Assembly: GCA_964630055.1 (NCBI GenBank)
Contig: CAZVRA010000003.1
Coordinates: forward strand, 4,443 to 68,442
DNA from: an uncultured Candidatus Saccharibacteria bacterium
GTDB lineage: Bacteria > Patescibacteriota > Saccharimonadia > Saccharimonadales > CAZVRA01
Length of the DNA: 64,000 bases
Direction: 5' to 3'
A program made the position numbers and the translations under genes. The notes under the pieces were generated by a model that saw nothing but the letters and a program-made list of their open reading frames with translations, had not been told where the DNA came from and did not search any database. Below are positions 39,136 through 46,568 of this stretch, in pieces (position 1 is the first letter of the stretch; each line of letters begins with the position of its first letter).

Positions 39136-39162
39136 TTAGCACTTTAATGTTGCGAGTGCCAA
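39136..39162. promoter_or_regulatory. CIRCE operator (HrcA binding site) upstream of groES
   Basis: TTAGCACTT-N9-GAGTGCCAA compared with the consensus TTAGCACTC-N9-GAGTGCTAA (2 mismatches). Confidence 0.75.
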
Positions 39163-39174
39163 CTTCCAGCACTC

Positions 39175-39203
39175 ATAGTAGCCGATTGCCAACTGCCCGT
39201 CAA
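39175..39203 (-). promoter_or_regulatory. groES-groEL promoter (TTGACG-17 nt-TACTAT)
   Basis: Minus-strand hexamers at 39198-39203 and 39175-39180, directly upstream of CIRCE. Confidence 0.5.
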
Positions 39204-39256
39204 GACATAAGGTTAATATTGTTTATACAAAAAATTATGATATAATACTGATTATT

Positions 39257-39841
39257 ATGTCAGCCGCATTTGACAATCGTGAATTCGACAGGAGTTTTAC
39301 CCTTGCCTATCCTCTGGAGCATGGTCTTCACGAGTCAATTGCTAATGGCCAGCGTATTCTAACAGAGCACAACCCGGTACAAGAATCAGCTAGAACTTAT
39401 CAACAACTAGCGAAGGCCGGCCTATGGTTACCTGATCGTAGCCAACAGCCCAACGGGTCGATTGTTTATGAGTTACCTATAGATACTATGGATGCGGCGG
39501 AACTTATTCGCTTGTCACAACAAGATAGCGAACATATCGATCGTATTGGGCGCGTTTTAGGACGTTTGCTTCAAGGCTACACAAGAGCCGGTATTTCTCC
39601 TGGAGACACCCTTATAGAGCGCATAGGCATTAGGTCGGCTCTGCCTGATCTGCCCCACCCTATAGAGGGTTACGTTGCCTTTCCGCTACCTCCGTACATC
39701 CAATACACTGATGAGTGCTCAAAAGAGCCAAATTTTTTGGTCGATATGGTTATGAATGATCTTGATATTCTGCAAACCACCGTAGAGGATGCAGATAGGT
39801 TAATGACTGGTCTGGAAGATGGCTACAACTCAATCGGCTAG
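39257..39841 (+). CDS. Hypothetical protein (partner of the kinase-like gene)
   Basis: 194 aa with no signal peptide. The segment LLQGYTRAGISPGDTLIERIGI loosely resembles a degenerate kinase catalytic loop. Overlaps the next ORF by 23 nt. Confidence 0.55.
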   Translation: MSAAFDNREFDRSFTLAYPLEHGLHESIANGQRILTEHNPVQESARTYQQLAKAGLWLPDRSQQPNGSIVYELPIDTMDAAELIRLSQQDSEHIDRIGRVLGRLLQGYTRAGISPGDTLIERIGIRSALPDLPHPIEGYVAFPLPPYIQYTDECSKEPNFLVDMVMNDLDILQTTVEDADRLMTGLEDGYNSIG

Positions 39842-40919
39842 TTCCATAGAGCTGGCTAGCAAATCCCAGGATAGGCTGCACTCTAAGCAAGCCTTTTTAG
39901 ATGCTTTAACGGTGATCAGCGGCCGCAAAAACACCTTTTCTTTAGATATGAGCGCTATGCTGTCTGGTCTAGACCACTCGGGCCGCATAAGTTCTGATAT
40001 AACAATTCCCGAAGACCATGGGTTGTATATAGATGAAGCTATGTATGATGATCTAAAAGTTAAGCATCAGCTACCCCATGCTATGGAGTTTTCGGATCGT
40101 CCATTGAGTGAAATTGGACGTTCAGATAGCCATAATCTGGTGTTTTTTGGCGATCTTGACTGGCGTAATTATGGTAGGAACCCCGATTTTATAGCCCGAG
40201 TAGCGGTTAAGCCTATGCTAAAAGTCGTTAACGAGCGTCGGGCACTTCACGAATATACCATTGGCCATTATGTTGCTGGTATGGGTATTGATACAGTCAA
40301 ACATTTTGGCATAATAAGGAGTCGAAGTGGTTTGTTTATGCTAAGTCACTTTAGACCAGAGCTCAGAACCTTAGATCAAAAAAATTGGGAAGGTTTAAGC
40401 AATGAGGAAACGGACCAGACCGTTAAGCGTGGTTTAGAGTCATTGGTAGCACTTCACTCGGTAGGAGTGTTTCATGGGGATGCTGCTTTAAAAAACTTGA
40501 CCGATCAGCCAGACCGAAAAAAAGTTGGTGTGGTTGACTTAGAGTACTCCGTAAGCAAAAGAGACACGTATAAAGCTGGCGATCTTTACAGCCCGGTTGG
40601 AATTCTTCGAGCAGTCTGTAATGATCTGTCAACAGTTATTAAGTCTCTTAAATCGCATGGTGTCATCAATAAAAACGATGGTGGAGATGATTTTCAGAAA
40701 AGTTATGATTTGGTGCTATCTCAGTATAGCGAGCTATTGTTTAAGCATCCAAACCCGACACCAATTTTGCAGGACATAAGAGCTAATATAGGTGTTATAG
40801 AAGCGCTTTTCTACAACGAGGCCATCGCGCCCGGCGAAATTCAGAAAATCGATACTATAGCATTAGAGCTTGGTCGGATTACCACCGAAGATTTTGTTTT
40901 TATGGCTTGCCAACGTTAA
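39819..40919 (+). CDS. Protein-kinase-like fold protein (atypical kinase; RIO/Kdo/APH-like motifs)
   Basis: ARVAVKP (beta3 Lys131), HEY (alphaC Glu), VFHGDAALKN (HxDxxxxN catalytic loop, residues 219-226), VGVVDLEYS (DFG-equivalent Asp240). No Gly-rich loop. Confidence 0.65.
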   Translation: MATTQSASSIELASKSQDRLHSKQAFLDALTVISGRKNTFSLDMSAMLSGLDHSGRISSDITIPEDHGLYIDEAMYDDLKVKHQLPHAMEFSDRPLSEIGRSDSHNLVFFGDLDWRNYGRNPDFIARVAVKPMLKVVNERRALHEYTIGHYVAGMGIDTVKHFGIIRSRSGLFMLSHFRPELRTLDQKNWEGLSNEETDQTVKRGLESLVALHSVGVFHGDAALKNLTDQPDRKKVGVVDLEYSVSKRDTYKAGDLYSPVGILRAVCNDLSTVIKSLKSHGVINKNDGGDDFQKSYDLVLSQYSELLFKHPNPTPILQDIRANIGVIEALFYNEAIAPGEIQKIDTIALELGRITTEDFVFMACQR

Positions 40920-40945
40920 TATTCAAATCGTGTATACTCATGTAG

Positions 40946-41740
40946 ATGAGTAAAACTATTTTGATGTGTGCGCCGACTTTTTTTGACATTGAATACGAAA
41001 TAAATCCCTGGATGCACACCGCCAACCCTGTTGAGCCAGCTAAGGCGCAGAAACAATGGCAAAAACTGCATGCTTTGTACACCGAAACTCTGGGTTGGGA
41101 TGTGCAGTTGGTCGAGCCGGTCGAGCACCTGCCAGACATGGTGTTCACTGCCAATGGTGGTCTTTTGCGTGGCGGTAAGGTGGCGCTACCTACTTTTAGA
41201 CAGCCCGATCGTCAGCCCGAAACTCCCCTGTTTAAGGCCTGGTTCGAGGCGGCTGGCTACAAAGACTTTTTGCAGCCAAATTATGACTTTGAAGGCGAAG
41301 GCGACGCCCTATTTTGGAACGATATTTTGTTTGCGGGCTTCCCCTGGCGGACCGACAAGCCGGCCCACGCCGAGCTGGCCGAGTTTTTTGGTGTCAAAGT
41401 GGTTAGTCTGCAACTAAGCGACCCCCGTTTTTATCATCTGGATACGGCGCTAACCATAATAGACGACCAAACTGTTGCCTTGTATCCTGGGGCCTTTGCG
41501 CCTGAATCGCTCAAGTTAGTTTACGACATAGTTCCCAATGTTATAGAGGCCACCATCGAAGACGCTATGGCTTACGGTTTGAATGCTATGAGCGATGGTC
41601 AAGCGGTGGTTATGCCCGAGGGGGCCAATTCGCTTGCGCGGGCTTACCAGGAGCGTAATCTGCAGGTATTGCCCACCCCTATTAGCGAGTTCCAAAAGTC
41701 GGGTGGTGGAGTTAAGTGCCTGACCCTAATACTGGGCTAG
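40946..41740 (+). CDS. Guanidino-group-modifying enzyme fold protein (amidinotransferase/DDAH/arginine-deiminase-related)
   Basis: 264 aa. N-terminal MCAPTFFDIEYEINPWM, HLDT, and a C-terminal GGGVKCLTL with the catalytic-type Cys. Confidence 0.75.
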   Translation: MSKTILMCAPTFFDIEYEINPWMHTANPVEPAKAQKQWQKLHALYTETLGWDVQLVEPVEHLPDMVFTANGGLLRGGKVALPTFRQPDRQPETPLFKAWFEAAGYKDFLQPNYDFEGEGDALFWNDILFAGFPWRTDKPAHAELAEFFGVKVVSLQLSDPRFYHLDTALTIIDDQTVALYPGAFAPESLKLVYDIVPNVIEATIEDAMAYGLNAMSDGQAVVMPEGANSLARAYQERNLQVLPTPISEFQKSGGGVKCLTLILG

Positions 41741-44373
41741 GTTTTGTTTAAACCGCTCAGGGCTTTCTGAAGATCGGCTAATATCTCTTTCTGATGCGCC
41801 AAGCTTGCTCTTGACTCTTTGACAAGTGTTTTGGGTGCGCGTTCCAGGTATTTTTTATTGTCTAATCTTTTTTCTAGATTTTTGACCTCTGTTTTGACTG
41901 TGTCTAATTGTTGCTCTAGCTTATGCCGATAATTGTTTATAGTCTGTTGGTCGGTTTCTAGCCAAGCGTTAATCGGGCAGCCAGCCAAGTGTAAGCCGCT
42001 GATTGAGCCGCTGTCATTGATCCCCTGCTGGTCAGCTGGTTTAACCTGTTTTATGGCGCCCAAGCCAGCCAATCTTGCTAAAATTTGGGCAAGTTCCTGT
42101 GGTATTTCTGCTTCGACCCATAGGTTAGGTTTTTTTATGCCTAGATCTTGGCGAGTCTGCCGAGCAATAATTATTAGTTGGCGTATCTGCTCGAATTTAC
42201 CGGCTCGGTACTTGTGCGGGCCAACTAATGGCCAGGCAGTTGTGGCCAAGGTTGGCTCCGCCTGCTGTTTTGCCCAGCCCATAGATTGCCAGATAGTTTC
42301 GGTTATAAAAGGGGCAAAAGGATGAAACAAGCGCAATGTAGTTTGTAGTACAAACAACAACACTTTGGGCGATGGGGTTGTTTTGGCCGCCTCTATATAC
42401 CAATCCGCAAAATCGTCCCAAACAAATCGATACAGCGTTTCGTAGGCGCTACTTAGCTGGTAATTGTCTAGCATCTGGCCGACCTGCTTGATGCAGTTTT
42501 GTAGACGGCTTAGTATCCACGCGTCGGCCTGGTTACCGGCATCTGGCCAGGTGTTGATATCTGTTAGGTCGGTTTCGGCAGCTGGCGTTTTTTCTTGCAC
42601 AAACCTGGCAATATTCCACAGCTTATTACAGAAGTTGCGGGCTCCCACCAGCTTACTTTGGTCATAGGGTCGGTTTTGACCGGCTGCTTCGTCGGCAATA
42701 ATGCCCATTCTAAAGGCGTCAGACCCAAACTGATCTATTTTTTCCATTGGGTCAACCACATTGCCCTTGCTTTTGCTCATTTTGGCGCCATGCTCGTCTT
42801 GAATTAGGCCATGGAGGTAAACTTCCCTAAAAGGAACCTCGCCCGTTACATATAGGCCAAGCATGATCATGCGGCTAACCCAAGGGAATAGTATATCGGC
42901 CCCTGTTTCCATGAGGCTAAGCGGATAGAATTTTTTAAAATCAGCGCCATCCGGGTAATCAAGAGTGGCGTAAGGCCAGCTTGAACTACTAAACCAAGTA
43001 TCAAATACATCTGGGTCTCGGCGATATGTTTTGCCATCTACCTCTATTATTTCTTGGTCAGTTCGCTCGTCAAAAATCCAATCATCCGCCACATCAACAT
43101 TTTGAAATGCCGGTATAGGTATACCCCATGCTATTTGACGGCTGATATTCCAGTCGCGCAGATTTTCCAGATAGGTAATTAGCTGATCGCGCTTTTGAGT
43201 CGGTCGAAAAACAATTTTGTTTTCTTTTAGGGCCCGTATAGCCGGTCTAGCTAGGTGCTTAACATTTACAAACCACTGCTCGTGCAGCAAAGGCTGAATG
43301 GCGATGCCGCACTTGTAACAGTGGCCGACGCTATGAGTGTGAGCCTCGGTTTTAACCAAAAAGTCTTGCAGCTCTAGGTCCTTAACTATAGCCGTGCGAG
43401 CTTCGGCAACTGTCATTCCGCCGTATTTTTGGGCAATTTCTGGGCCCAGGTCGTGGCTTATTGTGCCCTTTTGGGTAATAACACTGGGCATAGGCAGGTC
43501 ATGACGTTGGCCTACTTCAAAATCATTAGGATCATGAGCCGGAGTTATTTTAACAGCGCCACTACCAAAGTCCTGGTCGACAAACTCATCGGTAATTATG
43601 GGAATTTCTCGATTGGTCAAAGGCAGCTTAACTGTTTTACCATGAAGGTGCTTGTAGCGTTTATCCTTGGGGTGAACAGCCACCGCAACGTCCCCTAGCA
43701 TGGTCTCGGGCCGTGTGGTCGCCACAACAACCCCCCCTGCTCCATCACTTTCTGTTGTTAGCGGGTAGCGAACATGCCATAAATGCCCAGCTTCTTCTTT
43801 ATAGGCTACTTCTATGTCGGCAAATCCAGTTTCGTGATACGTGCAAAAATTTACTAACCTTTCACCCCTGTAAATAAGGCCTTCGTCCCACATTTTTTTA
43901 AAAGTTTTATTGGCCCTTTCGACAATTTTTTTGTCGAGCGTAAACACATAGCGGTCCCAATCTAGGCTGGCGCCGGTTCGGCGAAATTGATTTTCGTAGT
44001 TAGAGCGATTTTGACCAACAAAATCCCATATTTGCTTATATAAATCGTCGCGGGTGTAGTCAAACCGACTCTTGCCTGCTGCCGCCAACTTTTTTTCGTA
44101 TACCACTTGTGTCTCAAAGCCTGCATGATCGGCCCCCGGTAAAAGCAGTGTCTGCTGACCTAACATACGATGGTAGCGAACTGCAATATCCTCGATAGCC
44201 AGCGTCAAACCGTGACCTAGATGCAGGCTACCATTAGCATTGGGTGGTGGTACGACTATACTATAATGGCCTTTGCCACCCCTGTCTTTTGGATAAAAAG
44301 CTTTTTTGCTCTCCCAAAGCTTGTAAATATCTTTTTCGTAAGTATTTGGGTCGTATGCTGAGGATAATTTCAC
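41737..44373 (-). CDS. valS: Valine--tRNA ligase
   Basis: 878 aa. PPPNANGSLHLGHG (HIGH), KMSKSKGN, C-terminal coiled coil. GTG start. Confidence 0.97.
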   Translation of the reverse strand: MKLSSAYDPNTYEKDIYKLWESKKAFYPKDRGGKGHYSIVVPPPNANGSLHLGHGLTLAIEDIAVRYHRMLGQQTLLLPGADHAGFETQVVYEKKLAAAGKSRFDYTRDDLYKQIWDFVGQNRSNYENQFRRTGASLDWDRYVFTLDKKIVERANKTFKKMWDEGLIYRGERLVNFCTYHETGFADIEVAYKEEAGHLWHVRYPLTTESDGAGGVVVATTRPETMLGDVAVAVHPKDKRYKHLHGKTVKLPLTNREIPIITDEFVDQDFGSGAVKITPAHDPNDFEVGQRHDLPMPSVITQKGTISHDLGPEIAQKYGGMTVAEARTAIVKDLELQDFLVKTEAHTHSVGHCYKCGIAIQPLLHEQWFVNVKHLARPAIRALKENKIVFRPTQKRDQLITYLENLRDWNISRQIAWGIPIPAFQNVDVADDWIFDERTDQEIIEVDGKTYRRDPDVFDTWFSSSSWPYATLDYPDGADFKKFYPLSLMETGADILFPWVSRMIMLGLYVTGEVPFREVYLHGLIQDEHGAKMSKSKGNVVDPMEKIDQFGSDAFRMGIIADEAAGQNRPYDQSKLVGARNFCNKLWNIARFVQEKTPAAETDLTDINTWPDAGNQADAWILSRLQNCIKQVGQMLDNYQLSSAYETLYRFVWDDFADWYIEAAKTTPSPKVLLFVLQTTLRLFHPFAPFITETIWQSMGWAKQQAEPTLATTAWPLVGPHKYRAGKFEQIRQLIIIARQTRQDLGIKKPNLWVEAEIPQELAQILARLAGLGAIKQVKPADQQGINDSGSISGLHLAGCPINAWLETDQQTINNYRHKLEQQLDTVKTEVKNLEKRLDNKKYLERAPKTLVKESRASLAHQKEILADLQKALSGLNKT

Positions 44374-44572
44374 TTTATAAATACCTAAAACCTTGAATTT
44401 TACCGCTGCTCACAAATAGCCACCACTGTTGATATGCCATAAGTATAGCATCCCTGCCTCTGGCGACCTATACCTGGGGATAACTTTGCGGCTTTTTGGC
44501 AATACATATGGCATAGGACAATGTCAAATAAATAAACATAAATAACAACATTTATGTGTAAAGCAGGCTTTT

Positions 44573-44699
44573 TTAACAGGGGTGAATTGTGAAATAAAAA
44601 AACCGACAAAAAAGTCGGTGTTCGCAAATTGTTCGTAATTTAACAAATATTTAACTTTCACGTGTCATGTAAAAACAACAACAATATGACCCCTGTTAA
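44573..44699. repeat. 127-bp inverted-repeat element: termini TTAACAGGGGT ... ACCCCTGTTAA (11-bp perfect, extendable to ~18 imperfect)
   Basis: Read directly. The left arm is 44573-44583 and the right arm is 44689-44699. It encloses the hairpin at 44602-44619. It could be MITE-like, with TTAA at both ends. Confidence 0.6.
44595..44619 (-). terminator. Rho-independent-type terminator on the minus strand (ACCGAC-N6-GTCGGT followed by U7)
   Basis: Minus-strand ACCGACTTTTTTGTCGGTTTTTTTA, about 285 nt downstream of the tsaD stop. Confidence 0.45.
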
Positions 44700-44903
44700 T
44701 TATTGAAAACAGAGCCTTAAATGTTGTTATTTTTAATACATCACGTCCGCCCACCCAGAACAAAGCGATGATTAAATTACAATACCGGTGCAATGGCAAT
44801 TTTGGCCAAAGCTTTTTGTTTACTCAACCATTTTTGTTTTTGTATATACAGACTACAATCCTTTGCAAACATAAGCAAGTAAAAAATGGGTTTGTAGCAA
44901 AAA

Positions 44904-45974
44904 TTACATTGAAAGATTTGGGTTAGGAGCCAATTTATAGGGGTCGGCTGGAGGCTGTTTTGTTTTGGCCATAAAGTAACCCAGGGCTGCGATCATAGCA
45001 CCATTGTCTGTACAAAGCTTGGGGTCGGTATAGGCAATAGGCAAGGGGAGTTGTTCTTGTAATTGTCGCCGTAGCTCTTGGTTAGCAGCCACACCTCCGG
45101 CAATAACCACTGTTGCCGGTGCGAATTCTTGGTAAGCTAACAATGTTTTGTCGACTACTGTTTGAACTGCACTGTTTTGAAAGCTGGCGGCAATATCGGC
45201 CTTTTGTTGTTCGTTAAGAAGCTCAGCTAGCATAAATGATGGAAAGTCATAAGGTTTAGCGCAAAGGCTCTGAACAGCCCGTAAAACGGCTGTTTTGGGC
45301 CCAGAAAACGAAAAATCGTACTTACCAGCTACTCGGGCTTTGGGGAATTGAAACTTTTGAGGGTCTCCGCTCAATGCTGCCCGAGCAATGCTTGGTCCAC
45401 CGGGGTAGGGAAGACCAATTAGCTTGGCTACCTTGTCGAACGCTTCGCCTATGGCATCATCGTTGGTTCGGCCTAGCAAGGTGTAGTTAAAATGGTCCCG
45501 AAAAAGCGCCAACTGGCTATGACCACCGCTGACAATTAGCGCTAAAACAGGGAAGATAGGCTGGCTTGTAGGCAGGCTATATCCTGGCAAATTGGTAGAG
45601 GTAATGAAGTTAGCATAAACGTGGCCAATGACATGGTTGGCGGCATAAAGTGGCTTGTTTTTGGTAATAGCTAGTGTACGAGCCGTCATTACACCGACTA
45701 ATAAGCAGCCACCTAAACCAGCACCGTAAGTTACGGTTATGGCATCAATCTTTTCCCATGGGTCCGCTCCTAGATTGGCTTGCTGCAAAGCTTGGTCTAT
45801 AACTTCGGTGATGACTTCTATATGGCTACGAGCAGCTAGCTCTGGAACGACTCCTCCGTATTTGGCATGAATATCCAGTGAGCTCGCCACCACATTAGAA
45901 AGCAATATTTGTCCATCTAAAACAACGGCAGCTGCTGTCTCGTCGCAGCTAGACTCTATCCCTAAAATCAGCAT
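44904..45974 (-). CDS. tsaD: tRNA N6-adenosine threonylcarbamoyltransferase
   Basis: MLILGIESSCDETAAAVV, VSGGHSQL, GVAANQELR motifs. TATACT lies 6 nt before the ATG. Confidence 0.95.
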   Translation of the reverse strand: MLILGIESSCDETAAAVVLDGQILLSNVVASSLDIHAKYGGVVPELAARSHIEVITEVIDQALQQANLGADPWEKIDAITVTYGAGLGGCLLVGVMTARTLAITKNKPLYAANHVIGHVYANFITSTNLPGYSLPTSQPIFPVLALIVSGGHSQLALFRDHFNYTLLGRTNDDAIGEAFDKVAKLIGLPYPGGPSIARAALSGDPQKFQFPKARVAGKYDFSFSGPKTAVLRAVQSLCAKPYDFPSFMLAELLNEQQKADIAASFQNSAVQTVVDKTLLAYQEFAPATVVIAGGVAANQELRRQLQEQLPLPIAYTDPKLCTDNGAMIAALGYFMAKTKQPPADPYKLAPNPNLSM

Positions 45975-46033
45975 AGATCCAGTATAGCAGCTCTTAGCTT
46001 GTTTAACAGGGGAAAATCAGTATAATATACCTC

Positions 46034-46549
46034 ATGCTTTCCAATTATGAACAGGCAATCTTTGACGCCTATCGCCCAGAGCTAAGCTCTATACCAACAC
46101 CATATGTTTCCGAAGAAGAGGTGCAACAGGCTCAGCAGAATCTTCTGGACGCTTGGCCTAGTCTACACATGGGTTACTTGGCGTTGGAATTTGAAGGGGC
46201 AACATTTGGCTTGAGCTTTGACGAGGGTAGGGAGCTGTGGTTTAAGGCATTGCCGGCCCCTGGCCAGCGCCGTATTGTGCCTGGTGTTGCTTTCGAGGCA
46301 GAGATTAACCAGTCCGAGGGTCTGGAAAATCAGGAACTGCAAGGTGGCCGGTCACTTATTGTTTATGGCGCCAGCTTGGGAAAGCTTTGTTTACAAAAGC
46401 ACAGGGGCTTGGTCATAAAAGGTGCCAATATTAGCTATACGGCACTAGACAAATTTACGCGAGTTCCCAGATATGACCTTAGCGATTTTTTGCCACCTGT
46501 GCGACAGTTATTTATACGAGACACTCAAATTACAACCAAGATGTTTTAA
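46034..46549 (+). CDS. Hypothetical cytoplasmic protein
   Basis: 171 aa with no recognisable motif. TATAAT (46021-46026) lies 7 nt before the ATG. Confidence 0.55.
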   Translation: MLSNYEQAIFDAYRPELSSIPTPYVSEEEVQQAQQNLLDAWPSLHMGYLALEFEGATFGLSFDEGRELWFKALPAPGQRRIVPGVAFEAEINQSEGLENQELQGGRSLIVYGASLGKLCLQKHRGLVIKGANISYTALDKFTRVPRYDLSDFLPPVRQLFIRDTQITTKMF

Positions 46550-46568
46550 TGTGCGCTAGAATAAAAGC

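Noticed and set aside
44400-44627. 75-aa minus-strand ORF in the tsaD-valS intergenic gap.
   Set aside because: It has an odd composition (Cys/Tyr/His-rich), no SD or -10-N7 start context, and it spans the terminator-like hairpin and one arm of the inverted repeat. It is more likely non-coding.
44374-44700. Possible T-box riboswitch in the valS leader.
   Set aside because: Only a GGTGG-containing stretch (AACAGTGGTGGCTAT) loosely resembles the T-box sequence. I could not find Stem I features (a GA/K-turn, a specifier loop with a GUN codon, an AGVGA loop) or a terminator/antiterminator pair.
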